Notes under the pieces: generated by a model
Seen by the model: the letters and a program-made list of their open reading frames with translations, nothing else
What the model was told of the DNA's origin: nothing
The model's database searches: none
In this document: positions 12,078 through 21,868 of the stretch, in pieces
How positions within the stretch are numbered: the first letter of the stretch is position 1
Layout of the letters: each line of letters begins with the position of its first letter
Origin: an uncultured Planctomycetota bacterium
Lineage (GTDB): Bacteria > Planctomycetota > Planctomycetia > Isosphaerales > Isosphaeraceae
Direction: 5' to 3'
Assembly (NCBI GenBank): GCA_963845755.1
Contig: CAWJTV010000005.1
Span: 352,001 to 416,000, forward strand
Length of the DNA: 64,000 nucleotides
Made by a program: the position numbers and the translations under genes

Positions 12078-14839
12078 TTAGTTGGCCCTGGCCGATGGGA
12101 CGGACACCGGGGCCCGCGGGCCCGCCGCTCGCTGGATTGAGATCACACGGCGGGAAATGTCATCGCTCGTTGTGACGGCCATCGCGGCCCGGAGCGCGGT
12201 CTGTCGCTGGCTCTCGTCGTTCAGTCGGCGAGCAATCTCGGCCAGGTTGAACCACCACGAACGGCGGATCAGGTCGTTATCGACCAGGTCGATCGCTTGC
12301 CGGTATTCCTGTTCGGCGTCCTTCAATCGCGAGACCAGGGCGAGAGCCTCCGCACGTGCGGCGATCTCGCGGGGATCGGCCGATCCGCCATCTGACCGGG
12401 AGACCTCCCTCTTCAAGATCAAATCGAGGAATGTGTCGGCCTCATTGAGGCGCGACTCGCGGAGGAGACGGGCCGCCGCGATCCAGACCGTCGGATTCCG
12501 TGGAAGGGCCTTTGACCACTCGCGGAATGTCCACTCGGCCCGAGTGGACATCTCAGCGATGATGTCGCGCACCGCGTCTTCACCCGGAAGGAGATAGCGT
12601 TGCGCGGCCAACTCGCCATGGAAGCGCGGCGTGGCGGTCCGAGTAAACCCGCTCGACGCCGCGACCTTGAGAGCCTGCTCATAGAGTCGGAGCGCCGCGT
12701 CCTTCTTTCCTTCAACCAGGAGCCGGCGAGCACTCCACGCCAGACTCACGGAATCCCGGCTAAGGACCAGGGTGCGGGACGACGCCGGACCCCGGCCACC
12801 GGGAGGCTCGGCCTGCGCCAGAGCCAGACGTGCCGTCGGGTTCAGGGGCGAGATCTCCAGAGCACGCATCAAGATGGGCTTGACGTCCGCAGAGGGACGT
12901 TCCGCACCGCCTTCTCGCAGAAAGATCGCCCAGTGGGCGAGATGCTGAGCGGTCGTCGTCAACCATCGTCCGTCCGGCAGGACAACCGAAGGCGGCAAGG
13001 CTTTGCGCTGGCCGGACCCGTCGGGCGCCATCAGCCTCTGGGCTACGATGGCCGCCGAGGAGGCATCGGACGTCCAGAACGCGGAAAGCACGCACGCCCC
13101 AAGGCCGGCGAGCAGGACGGCGACCGCCAGCGGAGGCCAGGCCAGCCAGACGGGAAGCAGCCACTGACCCGGCTCTCGAGGCACGGTCGGAATCGGCTGT
13201 GCACCACGCCGGGCTCGCATCACGGCCGGCTTCGGACCTGAGCTGGCCCGGTGATTCGCCAGGATGTCCCTGACCGAGGGCCAGACGAGCTCATCGGACC
13301 TCGGACCTGTGCCGCGATAGTCCGTTTCGGAGCCCGTCAGCTCGCCCGACCCGTTTCCTCGACTTTCTTCGAGGAGACCCTGCGAGCCGATTCGAGTCCG
13401 TTCCGCGCGCCGATTCCGAGGATCACCCGTCGCTGTGTCGGCTCGAGTCGTCGAGTCCGGCATCCGAGACACCGAGTTCTCGCTGGCCATCGACGCGATC
13501 GCTCGGGTCCGACTCGCCGAGGCTTTCTTGTGGCACGCTGGAGATCGCTTCCTCAACTCGACCGATTTCCACCGGCTGGGGATCGGACTCGAGTTCTTCT
13601 CCCACGATCGCGGGACCGGGAACGTCGTTGTCACGATGGGATTCCACAGTCCCGATTTCCGATTCCCTAATCGGCTCTCGGATCTCGCCAATTTGGTATT
13701 CGTGCGAATCCCCGAGTTCGACCGCAACCTCGATCGGGTATCGGATATCGAGAATCAAGGGGTCGGGATGATCGATTACGGCTCCGTCCCTCTGAGACGA
13801 TTCCGAGGCCGTTTCGGGCCCGGACGCCGAGGTTGACTTTTCCCGCAGATCGGAGTCGGAACGGACCTCAATCGGCGCCTCGTGCTGAGCGAACCCGCGA
13901 CGCGCTTCCCTTTCCGTCGGTCGCTCGCGGGCCATCCAGTCGGCCCATGAGGGTGAAGGTGCAACTGGCAACGGCGGTGATGGTTCGACAGGTCTGTTCC
14001 AGGTTGACTCGAAACGGGCTGCAACCGACTTCGGCGCTGACCGGACAGCCCGATCGAGATCCGGTTGCGGGCGTCCCGCCGTGTCGAGCGCGACAGGGGG
14101 CTCTTGTGTCCGGAGTGGAGTCCGAGCTGGCTCGAACCTGGGAACGCTCGACGTGGGGACTTGCCGCGATTTCGTATCGATCAGCGGCGTGGATGCGGTT
14201 GACGGGCGAGGCGCGGCGGATGGCCGCTCTTGCATCGGAATGGCGTCGAACCTCGATGGCGAGGGCCCCACAGGCCCCTCCCCTCCGACCCGAGATCCCG
14301 ATGCACGTGACTTGAGATGAGATTCAGCCGCCTTCCACCTTGCTTCCCACCGGCTCCGGTCAGGATCCGATCGAGACGCACCGCCGAGGGCCCCGGAACG
14401 TGGCGGCACCGAGACGCTGGACCGGTCTCGATCCTCGATGGCGCTGACTGACGAGCTCGACTGGAAATTCAGGAATGGGAATGGCGAGAGCGTACGATGG
14501 GGACGACGGATAGATCTCCCAGACGGGTTCGGCGGCGACATCGTGCTTCACCGTCAAGCAGTACTGGCCGATCAGGAACGGGACATCAAACGGCAACGGA
14601 CAGGGACTCTTGACCGGCCGGCCCTCCAGAACCACGAGATTTCGCCCACCGGTCGGTACCAGGCTCCAGGTCCGTCCTCGTCGCGTGAGCCGGCAGGTCT
14701 CCTCGGGGAGATCCTCGCCGGAGAGCCGTACCTCGCAGTACGCGGCCCGGCCGATCCGGACCGAAATCCAGGGCAGCTCCACGACGCGAATCGGACCCGA
14801 TTCACGATCCTGGATGTGGAGACAGGCGGATTCCGGCAT
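12078..14839 (-). CDS. FHA-like N-domain, long Pro/Ser/Glu-rich linker, TM and TPR-like C-domain (~920 aa); frameshifts near 14450 and 13430
   Basis: VRIGRAAYCEVRL..CRLTRRGRTWSLV..PFLIGQYCLT (ORF 14360-15028); low-complexity ORF 13423-14541; TM and helical repeats (RALEISPLNPTARLALA, AEQEYRQAIDL) in ORF 12078-13727. Joining the three ORFs is an inference. Confidence 0.65.
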
Positions 14840-14882
14840 GATGGGATCGACTCCTCCTTGAGCCCAGGCAGCGGGGGATCCT

Positions 14883-16454
14883 TCACCCTCGCGCGACGAA
14901 CAGGTCCGTGCCTCCGGCCAGCCATCGGTTCCACGTCCCGCCGAGTGCGCTGGCCGAGATGGCCACGGCGGGCAGTTCGACCGTCCAGTGCAGGACGGAC
15001 CATAGACTAAACCCCAAGGCCGCTCCAATCAAGCCGTAAGCCAGCGCACGATCGGCGGACCCAACCCGTCTCAGCGAACCGAACACCCGGCAGATCGACC
15101 AGATTCCGGCTGCCGCGATGAGCGACAGACCAGCCCATCCCGCTTCGACCCCACATCGCAACACACTGCTCATGACGAGTCCGGAAGAGACGTCCTGCGT
15201 CTTGAAGTAGGCATGGATCGTGCGGAAGGTGCCGAATCCGGTGCCGAGTACGGGGAAGTCCCGGAGGATCGGCAAGCTCTCGGTCCAGAAGAGTCGGATC
15301 GCTTCCCAGGAGACCGACGCGACCGGGGGCTGTCCACCGAACGAGACGGACCAGGTCGCGGTCAACGTCGCCCCGAAGCCGATCGCACCCAGGAGAAACA
15401 TGGTGAGGCCGATCGCCGACCAACGGTTTCCCGGTACGGCCGCGGTCGGCAAGCCCACCACCGCTACGGCAAGCGCGAACGGCAGGCAGAGCCAGGGACC
15501 CGCGATCAGCCCCCCGAGGAACGCGCCAGCCGCCAGGAGAGTGACCAGCAACACGGCCAGCCCTCCCAGGCCCGAGTGCCGAAGTCGCTCGCCAAGACCC
15601 TCGCGACTCCCGCGCGGGGCCAGTAAGTGAAGCACGATCGCCATCGCCAGAGGAAGGGCCATCGATCCCATCGCCAGCATCGCGACCGGCCCGCCCATCA
15701 CGGTCCCGAAAAGGAACGGTCGATCGGGAATCAGAAGGACCTTCTCGAGTTCGCCTTTCTCCGCGCGTTCGGGCGACACCAGCCGGTGCAAGGCGGCCGG
15801 GACCGGGGACTCGAGTAAGTCGTCCACAGTGGGGCCCCACGCGTTCGCACGCTCTGGCAGGACGAAACCGAACAGCCCTTCGGTCTGACCGCTGATCTGA
15901 ACGACGCCAAGCGCCACGTTTAGCAGGAATCCCGCGGCCACGGTCCCCCAGACCCAGTAGAGCCGGCCCAATCGATCGACATAATGCGAAACCGTCCAGA
16001 AGATTGCCAGGCACATCGCGGCGCCCACGAGCCAGTGCAGGGTCGCGCCCCGATCGAGCGTGGCAGGTGATCGAACCTCGGCGGGCGTCGGAAGAACGGC
16101 CGTGGGATCATCCGCCAGAACCAGGCGCGACCAGGTCCCGGTCCCATAGACTTCATGTGCGACCGGCGAGACCCACCGCGCCAGCCGCGCCGGAAGCGAA
16201 ACCAACTGAACCATCCCCAGCGCCAGGACGAGGAGCCCGAGAAAGGTCAGGGGGCTCTTCAACATCGGCATTCGACCTTGCACGAGGAGTTGCACGAGTC
16301 GAGCCACGACCATCAGGAACGTCAACCCCGTCACCGCCGACGGAAACCACCATACCGCCCCACCGAAGCATAACACGCTGCCGAGCACCAGCGCCGTGAG
16401 GGCGACGGCGATCACGCCATCGGTCATCGCTACGATTCTTTGACGCACGTCCAT
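14883..16454 (-). CDS. O-antigen ligase-like (Wzy_C) membrane protein
   Basis: About 12 TMs; RLFWTESLPILRDFPVLGTGFGTF, EAGWAG and LWSVLHWTVELPA resemble the C-terminal signature of the WaaL/O-OTase family. Confidence 0.75.
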   Translation of the reverse strand: MDVRQRIVAMTDGVIAVALTALVLGSVLCFGGAVWWFPSAVTGLTFLMVVARLVQLLVQGRMPMLKSPLTFLGLLVLALGMVQLVSLPARLARWVSPVAHEVYGTGTWSRLVLADDPTAVLPTPAEVRSPATLDRGATLHWLVGAAMCLAIFWTVSHYVDRLGRLYWVWGTVAAGFLLNVALGVVQISGQTEGLFGFVLPERANAWGPTVDDLLESPVPAALHRLVSPERAEKGELEKVLLIPDRPFLFGTVMGGPVAMLAMGSMALPLAMAIVLHLLAPRGSREGLGERLRHSGLGGLAVLLVTLLAAGAFLGGLIAGPWLCLPFALAVAVVGLPTAAVPGNRWSAIGLTMFLLGAIGFGATLTATWSVSFGGQPPVASVSWEAIRLFWTESLPILRDFPVLGTGFGTFRTIHAYFKTQDVSSGLVMSSVLRCGVEAGWAGLSLIAAAGIWSICRVFGSLRRVGSADRALAYGLIGAALGFSLWSVLHWTVELPAVAISASALGGTWNRWLAGGTDLFVARG

Positions 16455-16599
16455 GTTGCATTTCTCCGGAGAGGCTTCGCGACGTCTCCTGGAATCGTCC
16501 TGTGCAGGGTGCCCGTTCCGTGCTCGTGCCTGGCAAGTTCGCGTTTGAAGGCTCTAAGCCCGAGTTTTCAATCCTCGACTAGCATGATTCACGTATGTT

Positions 16600-16655
16600 G
16601 AATTTTCAATCTGGAATTCAGAGTCTTGAATTCGGAATCCGGAATCTCGAATTCC
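16600..16655. repeat. Eight tandem degenerate heptamers (GAATYYN-like)
   Basis: GAATTTT CAATCTG GAATTCA GAGTCTT GAATTCG GAATCCG GAATCTC GAATTCC. Confidence 0.75.
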
Positions 16656-16667
16656 TCCTGGGCCGCC

Positions 16668-18890
16668 TCAACTCTGGCCGGCAAAGGCCAGGGCGTTCTC
16701 GACCCTCATCGGAACCTCGAACCGATCGGCCGGAGCCAGGGCATCACCGTAACCGTAGCTGGACCAGTTCTCCAGGTCCTCGGTCAGTCCATTGAAGACG
16801 ACTCCCGCGATGGCCACGTGCGACTGTTCGAGCATGGCCTTGGCCCGGTGCAATGTCATCAGGTGGTGCGAGCCGGACCGAACGACCAGCAGCGAGGAAT
16901 CGACGATGCGGCCGAGGAAACGGCAGTCGGCGAGCCCGAGCACCGCGGGACCGTCGAGGATCACCCGGTCGTAATGGTGCGAGAGGGCCAGCAGCAACTG
17001 TCGCAACTCGAGTGTGCCGAGGATCTCGATCGGTGTCTCGCGCGTGTCTCCGGTCGAGATGAAGTCGAGATTGGGGATTCGGGTATGGTGCAGCGTACGC
17101 TGCCAGGGCAGCTCGCCGCGAAGGACGTTGACCACCCCGGGGGCAGCCTTCGCATCCTCGTCCTCGATGAAGACCTCCGCCAGGGTGGGCCGCCGGAAAT
17201 CGATGTCCATGAGCAAGGTCCGCTCCCCGGCGAGTGCGCAGGTGGCCGCGAGGTTCAGGGCGGTCGTGCTCTTCCCCTCACCGGCCTTGGCGCTGGTCAC
17301 GAGGAGCGTCACGATCGGGCCTCGCCGATCGGAGATGCCCAGCAGGCTCGCCCGGACGTTCCGGTACGCATCGGACGCCAGCGAGTCGGACGCCCCGGGC
17401 GTCCAGAGATGCCGGCCCCGCTGGGTCAAGGCCGTCCGGCGGATCCGAGGAACCACTCCCAGCAACGGCAGCGTCAGACCGTGGCTGACGTGTTCGGGCA
17501 CCTTGACCGAGTGGTCGATGTGTTCGAGCAGGCACACCAGGCCGATCCCCATTCCCACACTCAGGACCAGGGCCACGACAATCAGGAGCGGGCGGTTGGG
17601 CTTGATCGGCTCCCTCGGTTCGTTCACGCTCGGCTGGAGCTTGACGAAGTCTTTTTCCGTCAGGGAATGCGAGAGGATGTCGAACTCCGCCAGCCGCAGC
17701 TCCATGGCGCCGACCTGTCGTTGTTTTTCCCGGCGATCTTCCATCATCGTCAGCACCCGCTGGTGGATCGGCAGCGTCTCCTGCATCTTCTTCAGCAGTT
17801 CCTGGTGCGTTTCCTTGTCCGACTCGAGTTCCTTGCGATACTGCTCCATGATCGTCTCGGTCGCATTCGCAGCGGGCCGATTCCCGATCTTGCGAATTTC
17901 CTCCATCTCGTCCATCACTTCGCTGAGGTAGTCCGACCAGGCGATCGCGGACGGATCGTTGTCGAATTTGCGCGTGACTCGCCGGATGCCCTTGAGCACG
18001 CGAATGCCCTTCCGCCGTTCCATCTCGAGCTGCGCCAACCGCGACGCGCGCGCCCCCGACTCTCCGCTCACGTCCAGCTTCGGAAACATCTCGGCGAGCA
18101 TCATCTGCTGGCTCAGCTCGCCGATCCGAATCTGCTTCTGATTCATGAGCGTACTCTGATTCACGTATTGTTCTTCGATGATGCTCTTGCCTCCGGCCCC
18201 GATCGTACTCTGGCTATCCTTGAGCGCGGTTTCGATGGCGAGGTCTAGCTGTTTGAGCTCCTTAACGAGCTGGGCCACGTTCTGCTGCGCGTAGACCTTC
18301 GTGGCCGCGATCCGGTCGGCATTCTCCTCCTTGGTCTCCTTCTGGAACTCGTTGAGTAGCGCCTCCAGGAGCTTCTTGGTCTGCGCGGCGTCCCCGCCTT
18401 CGAGGCTGACGATGAAGGTATTCCCATTCTTGTACACCGGAAGGATATTCAGGCTACGGAAGAGCTCGGCGGCAGGGTCATCGTACTGGCTAAGCTGCGG
18501 TGCCAGGGATCGCTCGCGGACGACCCGCTCGTGGAGCGCGGTACTCTTGAGCATGGCGGCCCGGGCGGGGATATAGCGGTCCTCGCTCCCGCCGTCGCGA
18601 CGACCAATATCGTGCGAGACCAGCGTCGAGAGCGTCGGATCGTAGTCGGGCGCATTGATCTCGATCTCGGTCTTGAGGAGGTAGACCCGAGGAAGGCGGA
18701 GGATGTAGATGCAAGCGAGGCTCGCGATCGGCACGGCAATCGCCAGGACCATCCACACGCGCCTCCTCAGGGCACGCAAGTAGTTCGAAGGTGTCTTGAC
18801 GACGGCCGGGTTGATGGTCAACGGCGCGGTCGAGGTTCGAGGTGGACTCGGGGTCGAGGGATAGGCTGGATAGCTCGGCATACCGTCCAT
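16668..18890 (-). CDS. wzc: Polysaccharide co-polymerase / tyrosine autokinase (Wzc-like)
   Basis: Two TMs around a coiled-coil periplasmic domain, PIKPNR, Walker A AKAGEGKST, DIDFRRP, ILDGPAV, C-terminal SSYGYG. Confidence 0.92.
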   Translation of the reverse strand: MDGMPSYPAYPSTPSPPRTSTAPLTINPAVVKTPSNYLRALRRRVWMVLAIAVPIASLACIYILRLPRVYLLKTEIEINAPDYDPTLSTLVSHDIGRRDGGSEDRYIPARAAMLKSTALHERVVRERSLAPQLSQYDDPAAELFRSLNILPVYKNGNTFIVSLEGGDAAQTKKLLEALLNEFQKETKEENADRIAATKVYAQQNVAQLVKELKQLDLAIETALKDSQSTIGAGGKSIIEEQYVNQSTLMNQKQIRIGELSQQMMLAEMFPKLDVSGESGARASRLAQLEMERRKGIRVLKGIRRVTRKFDNDPSAIAWSDYLSEVMDEMEEIRKIGNRPAANATETIMEQYRKELESDKETHQELLKKMQETLPIHQRVLTMMEDRREKQRQVGAMELRLAEFDILSHSLTEKDFVKLQPSVNEPREPIKPNRPLLIVVALVLSVGMGIGLVCLLEHIDHSVKVPEHVSHGLTLPLLGVVPRIRRTALTQRGRHLWTPGASDSLASDAYRNVRASLLGISDRRGPIVTLLVTSAKAGEGKSTTALNLAATCALAGERTLLMDIDFRRPTLAEVFIEDEDAKAAPGVVNVLRGELPWQRTLHHTRIPNLDFISTGDTRETPIEILGTLELRQLLLALSHHYDRVILDGPAVLGLADCRFLGRIVDSSLLVVRSGSHHLMTLHRAKAMLEQSHVAIAGVVFNGLTEDLENWSSYGYGDALAPADRFEVPMRVENALAFAGQS

Positions 18891-18917
18891 GATCGCCTCC
18901 GTGACGATTTCGTGGGC

Positions 18918-20636
18918 TCACCAGCGTGCGGGAGCATTCGAGCCGGTCAAAGGGTTGACGGCCGTCCGTGACCTCGACGTCGCCGGGAAAACCCGAGACC
19001 CGATCCGACCGAGGGCCCGGCCCAGGCGTCGTCGTATCGCGGGTACCGCCGTCTCCCCCCGGTCAGTCGGCCGATCGCCATTCGCGGTATCCGCCGCCGA
19101 GTTCGGCTCGTGCCGATCCTCGGCCGGGGCCGCTTCTTCGATCCGCTCCAGCCGGTCGGACAGTGCCTGTCCCAGCCGCTGCATATAGCGGAAAACGATG
19201 TCGGCAGCGAGCGGCGCCTCCGCTCCCAGCCCGAGGCTCACTGTGATCCAGGGGCTGCGACTTCCGGAGAGTCGAAAGACCGCTGAGGGCCGCGACAACG
19301 GCTCATCTTCGACCGCGGGCCCTTCCCACTCGGATGGCCCCGGTGGCCCCGTGGGTAGTCTTTCAATCCGGACTTGCTCACACCCCAGTCCATAGCCGGC
19401 CTGCTCCATGATCTCGCAGGCCGAGGTCGCCGTCGGGCATAGCTCGATCCGCTGGATCGCTTCCCACGTCAGTTTGGCGGCTTCCCGCTGCTGGCGGCGA
19501 CGCGATAATCGGTCCTGGAAGTCGTCGCACAGGTTTGCCAGCTCATCCCGGCGGCTGGTCACGATCAGGAGGAATGCGAGACAACCAAAGACCCCCAGGA
19601 CCAGCGTCAGGTATTCATTGCGCCGCGCCACGCCGAGCATGACCACCCCACAGAGGAACGCCGAGAAGCAATAGAGCATCAGTGCGGCCTGGCGGGGATT
19701 CAGTCCCAACCCGATGAGGATATGATGGACATGCCGGCGGTCCGCGGCGCTGAGTGGCAGATTTCGGACCCACCGCCGGAAGATCGCCATTGCGGTGTCC
19801 GAGATCGGCAGTCCCATCGCGACGATTGGAAAGAGGATGGACATGGCCGAAGGGCCTTCCATCGAACCTTGCACCCCGATCACACCGATGAGCAGCCCGA
19901 TCAGCAGGCTGCCGCTGTCCCCGAGGAAGATGCAGGCGGGGTGCCAGTTGTACAGCAGGAACCCGGCCAGGCTCCCGGCCAGCGCGACCGCGAGCACGGC
20001 CGCGTCGACGTTCCCGCTGTGGATCGCCACCAGGGTCAATGTCCCGCTGACGAGAAGGCCCACGCCGGCCGCCAGCCCGTCCATGCCGTCGATGAGGTTC
20101 CAGATGTTCATACACCCCAGGAACCAGAACAGGGTGACGAGCAGACTCGGGAGGGCCAGGTTGACCGGGAAACCCAGGAGGCTGAAGCGGATCGCGGGAA
20201 AACCCAGGTCGAGGTTGAGATTGAGAAACTCGACCGAGTGGATGCGAATCCCCCCGAGGTAGAGGGTGAGCACGGCCAGCGCCTGGCCCAGCAGCTTCAT
20301 CCGCGGCCCGAGCGAACGCGTGTCGTCGATGAACCCGAGGATCAGGATCACCATCGCCGCGATCAAGAGCGAACCATGATACGGGATCTCGAAGCCGCCG
20401 GCCGCGCGGAAGCCCATCGATTCGTCGAGGTGCGTCAGCACCGTCGCCGCCCCCACGCCAAAGGCCAGCGCCAGACCGCCCAATCGGGGAATGGCACCCT
20501 GGTGGATCCGCCGGAAGTGATCCGGCCGGTCGACCGCACCCACGCGGTTGGCCACCCACGTGACCAGCGGCGTGGCGAGCACGCACCCCAGCATGGCGAA
20601 GGCGAAGATCGTCAGGTAGATGTTGGAGATCATCAT
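18918..20636 (-). CDS. MraY/WecA-family undecaprenyl-phosphate sugar-1-P transferase with ~200-aa C-terminal extension
   Basis: PRLGGLA, GFIDD, NIWNLIDGMDGLA, YNWHPACIFLGDSGS, ADRRHVHH. Confidence 0.92.
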   Translation of the reverse strand: MMISNIYLTIFAFAMLGCVLATPLVTWVANRVGAVDRPDHFRRIHQGAIPRLGGLALAFGVGAATVLTHLDESMGFRAAGGFEIPYHGSLLIAAMVILILGFIDDTRSLGPRMKLLGQALAVLTLYLGGIRIHSVEFLNLNLDLGFPAIRFSLLGFPVNLALPSLLVTLFWFLGCMNIWNLIDGMDGLAAGVGLLVSGTLTLVAIHSGNVDAAVLAVALAGSLAGFLLYNWHPACIFLGDSGSLLIGLLIGVIGVQGSMEGPSAMSILFPIVAMGLPISDTAMAIFRRWVRNLPLSAADRRHVHHILIGLGLNPRQAALMLYCFSAFLCGVVMLGVARRNEYLTLVLGVFGCLAFLLIVTSRRDELANLCDDFQDRLSRRRQQREAAKLTWEAIQRIELCPTATSACEIMEQAGYGLGCEQVRIERLPTGPPGPSEWEGPAVEDEPLSRPSAVFRLSGSRSPWITVSLGLGAEAPLAADIVFRYMQRLGQALSDRLERIEEAAPAEDRHEPNSAADTANGDRPTDRGETAVPAIRRRLGRALGRIGSRVFPATSRSRTAVNPLTGSNAPARW

Positions 20637-21868
20637 GGACCCGATCATCTCCACGAGAATCGATCGATTGCAAGATACCACGGGCGAGACACCGGATCCG
20701 CGCAGCGGGCTCGGTCGCGGTCGATCCGGTCGGGCTGGTCCCCATCACGGTGCGACCTGTTCCGCCCGGTCGGACGTGCCCTCCACGGGGCGGCTTTGTC
20801 GCACTGGCAAGACCACCGGCTATCGGGAAGCCTCGTGCCTCGGTCGGCTCGTCGACGGGGCGCCCGGGTCAACCGGCAGCGGCACGCTGGTCGGAAGCGG
20901 CGTGTGGTGCAATCCGATGCATAGGGGATGAAGCAGACCACGATTAGGCTCGTCTTCCGTGACTCGTGCGGGTGCGGCCCATTCCTGAGCATCCGTCTCA
21001 GGCGGCGGGCATCTGGGTGGTCGCAGTATCCCCGCTGGCTCCCTGCCGGTCAAGGTGGATTCCCCATGCAGTCGTAAGTCATTACCCTCCCTTGATTCGC
21101 AACGTGTCCAGCCTCCGAATTCCCGACAATGTGAGCGGAAATGGGGATACCAGGTGGTCCTGAGATGTCTCGTCCGACCCTTGCTTGGTGAGAGCAACCC
21201 ACGAGCCAGTGATCGGTCGATCAACCGGGTCGGAAACGAGAATGTCGTCCTCCGGACGGTCTCCGTCAGCATGCTCGCGTTCGTCAAGTCCTGACGCGGG
21301 AATCCTCCGTTGAGAGGGGAAGCAAGAAGCAAGTGGGTTGATCCCAGACGGGCGGGCCGATGGGTGGCAGGCTCGGCCGCTTCAGGGGTGGGAGAGGACT
21401 GGTCCGGACCTGAGTCCATGCATCGAAATACTCCTGGTTGTTGATCGTGCTGCCCGCACCACCGGGTAAGTCCCAGCATTGCCGTAACGGCGATCGTAGG
21501 CGGACCGAGCTGAAGCGGAACAGCCGCTCGATTGAGGTGCATCCCATCGGTGCTTCGGGGATCGCAGTATACCTCGCGAATCCGACTACTCAACTCGACG
21601 TGCCTTTCTGTAATCATCCCGAGGGATTCGGAACATGTAATCGGTCACATGAATCCTGCGATCAACACGTTTTCGGTTCTGCTTCACAAAGCCCGCCGTG
21701 TCGCGTCTAGTCTTGAGATTGGAAGAGTGTGAGCGAGAGCCTCGGCGCTCGATGGGATTGCCATGGAGCGTTCCTGGATTGATTCGCTGATATTCAACCG
21801 GCCCAATGCGCGTTGGGCAAGCTTGATCAATGAAGCACACACATTTCCACAACGAGAGACCCACATCT

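Noticed and set aside
16626..18248. Long antisense or alternate-frame ORFs (also 19722-20924, 26422-27816, 38195-39823, 56075-57271 and others)
   Set aside because: Shadows of well-supported genes in high-GC DNA, with no motifs of their own.
20795..20830. Possible c-di-GMP-I riboswitch fragment (GCAAGACCACCGGCTA)
   Set aside because: The GGCAAAC..GAAA..GGACGC first hairpin is missing.
20820..21617. 265-aa minus-strand ORF in the divergent spacer
   Set aside because: No recognisable domain and an Arg/Pro/Ser-rich, non-protein-like composition.
21700..21868. Sigma54 promoter expected for a PEP-CTERM gene
   Set aside because: No GG-N10-GC with TGGCAC/TTGC context found by eye.
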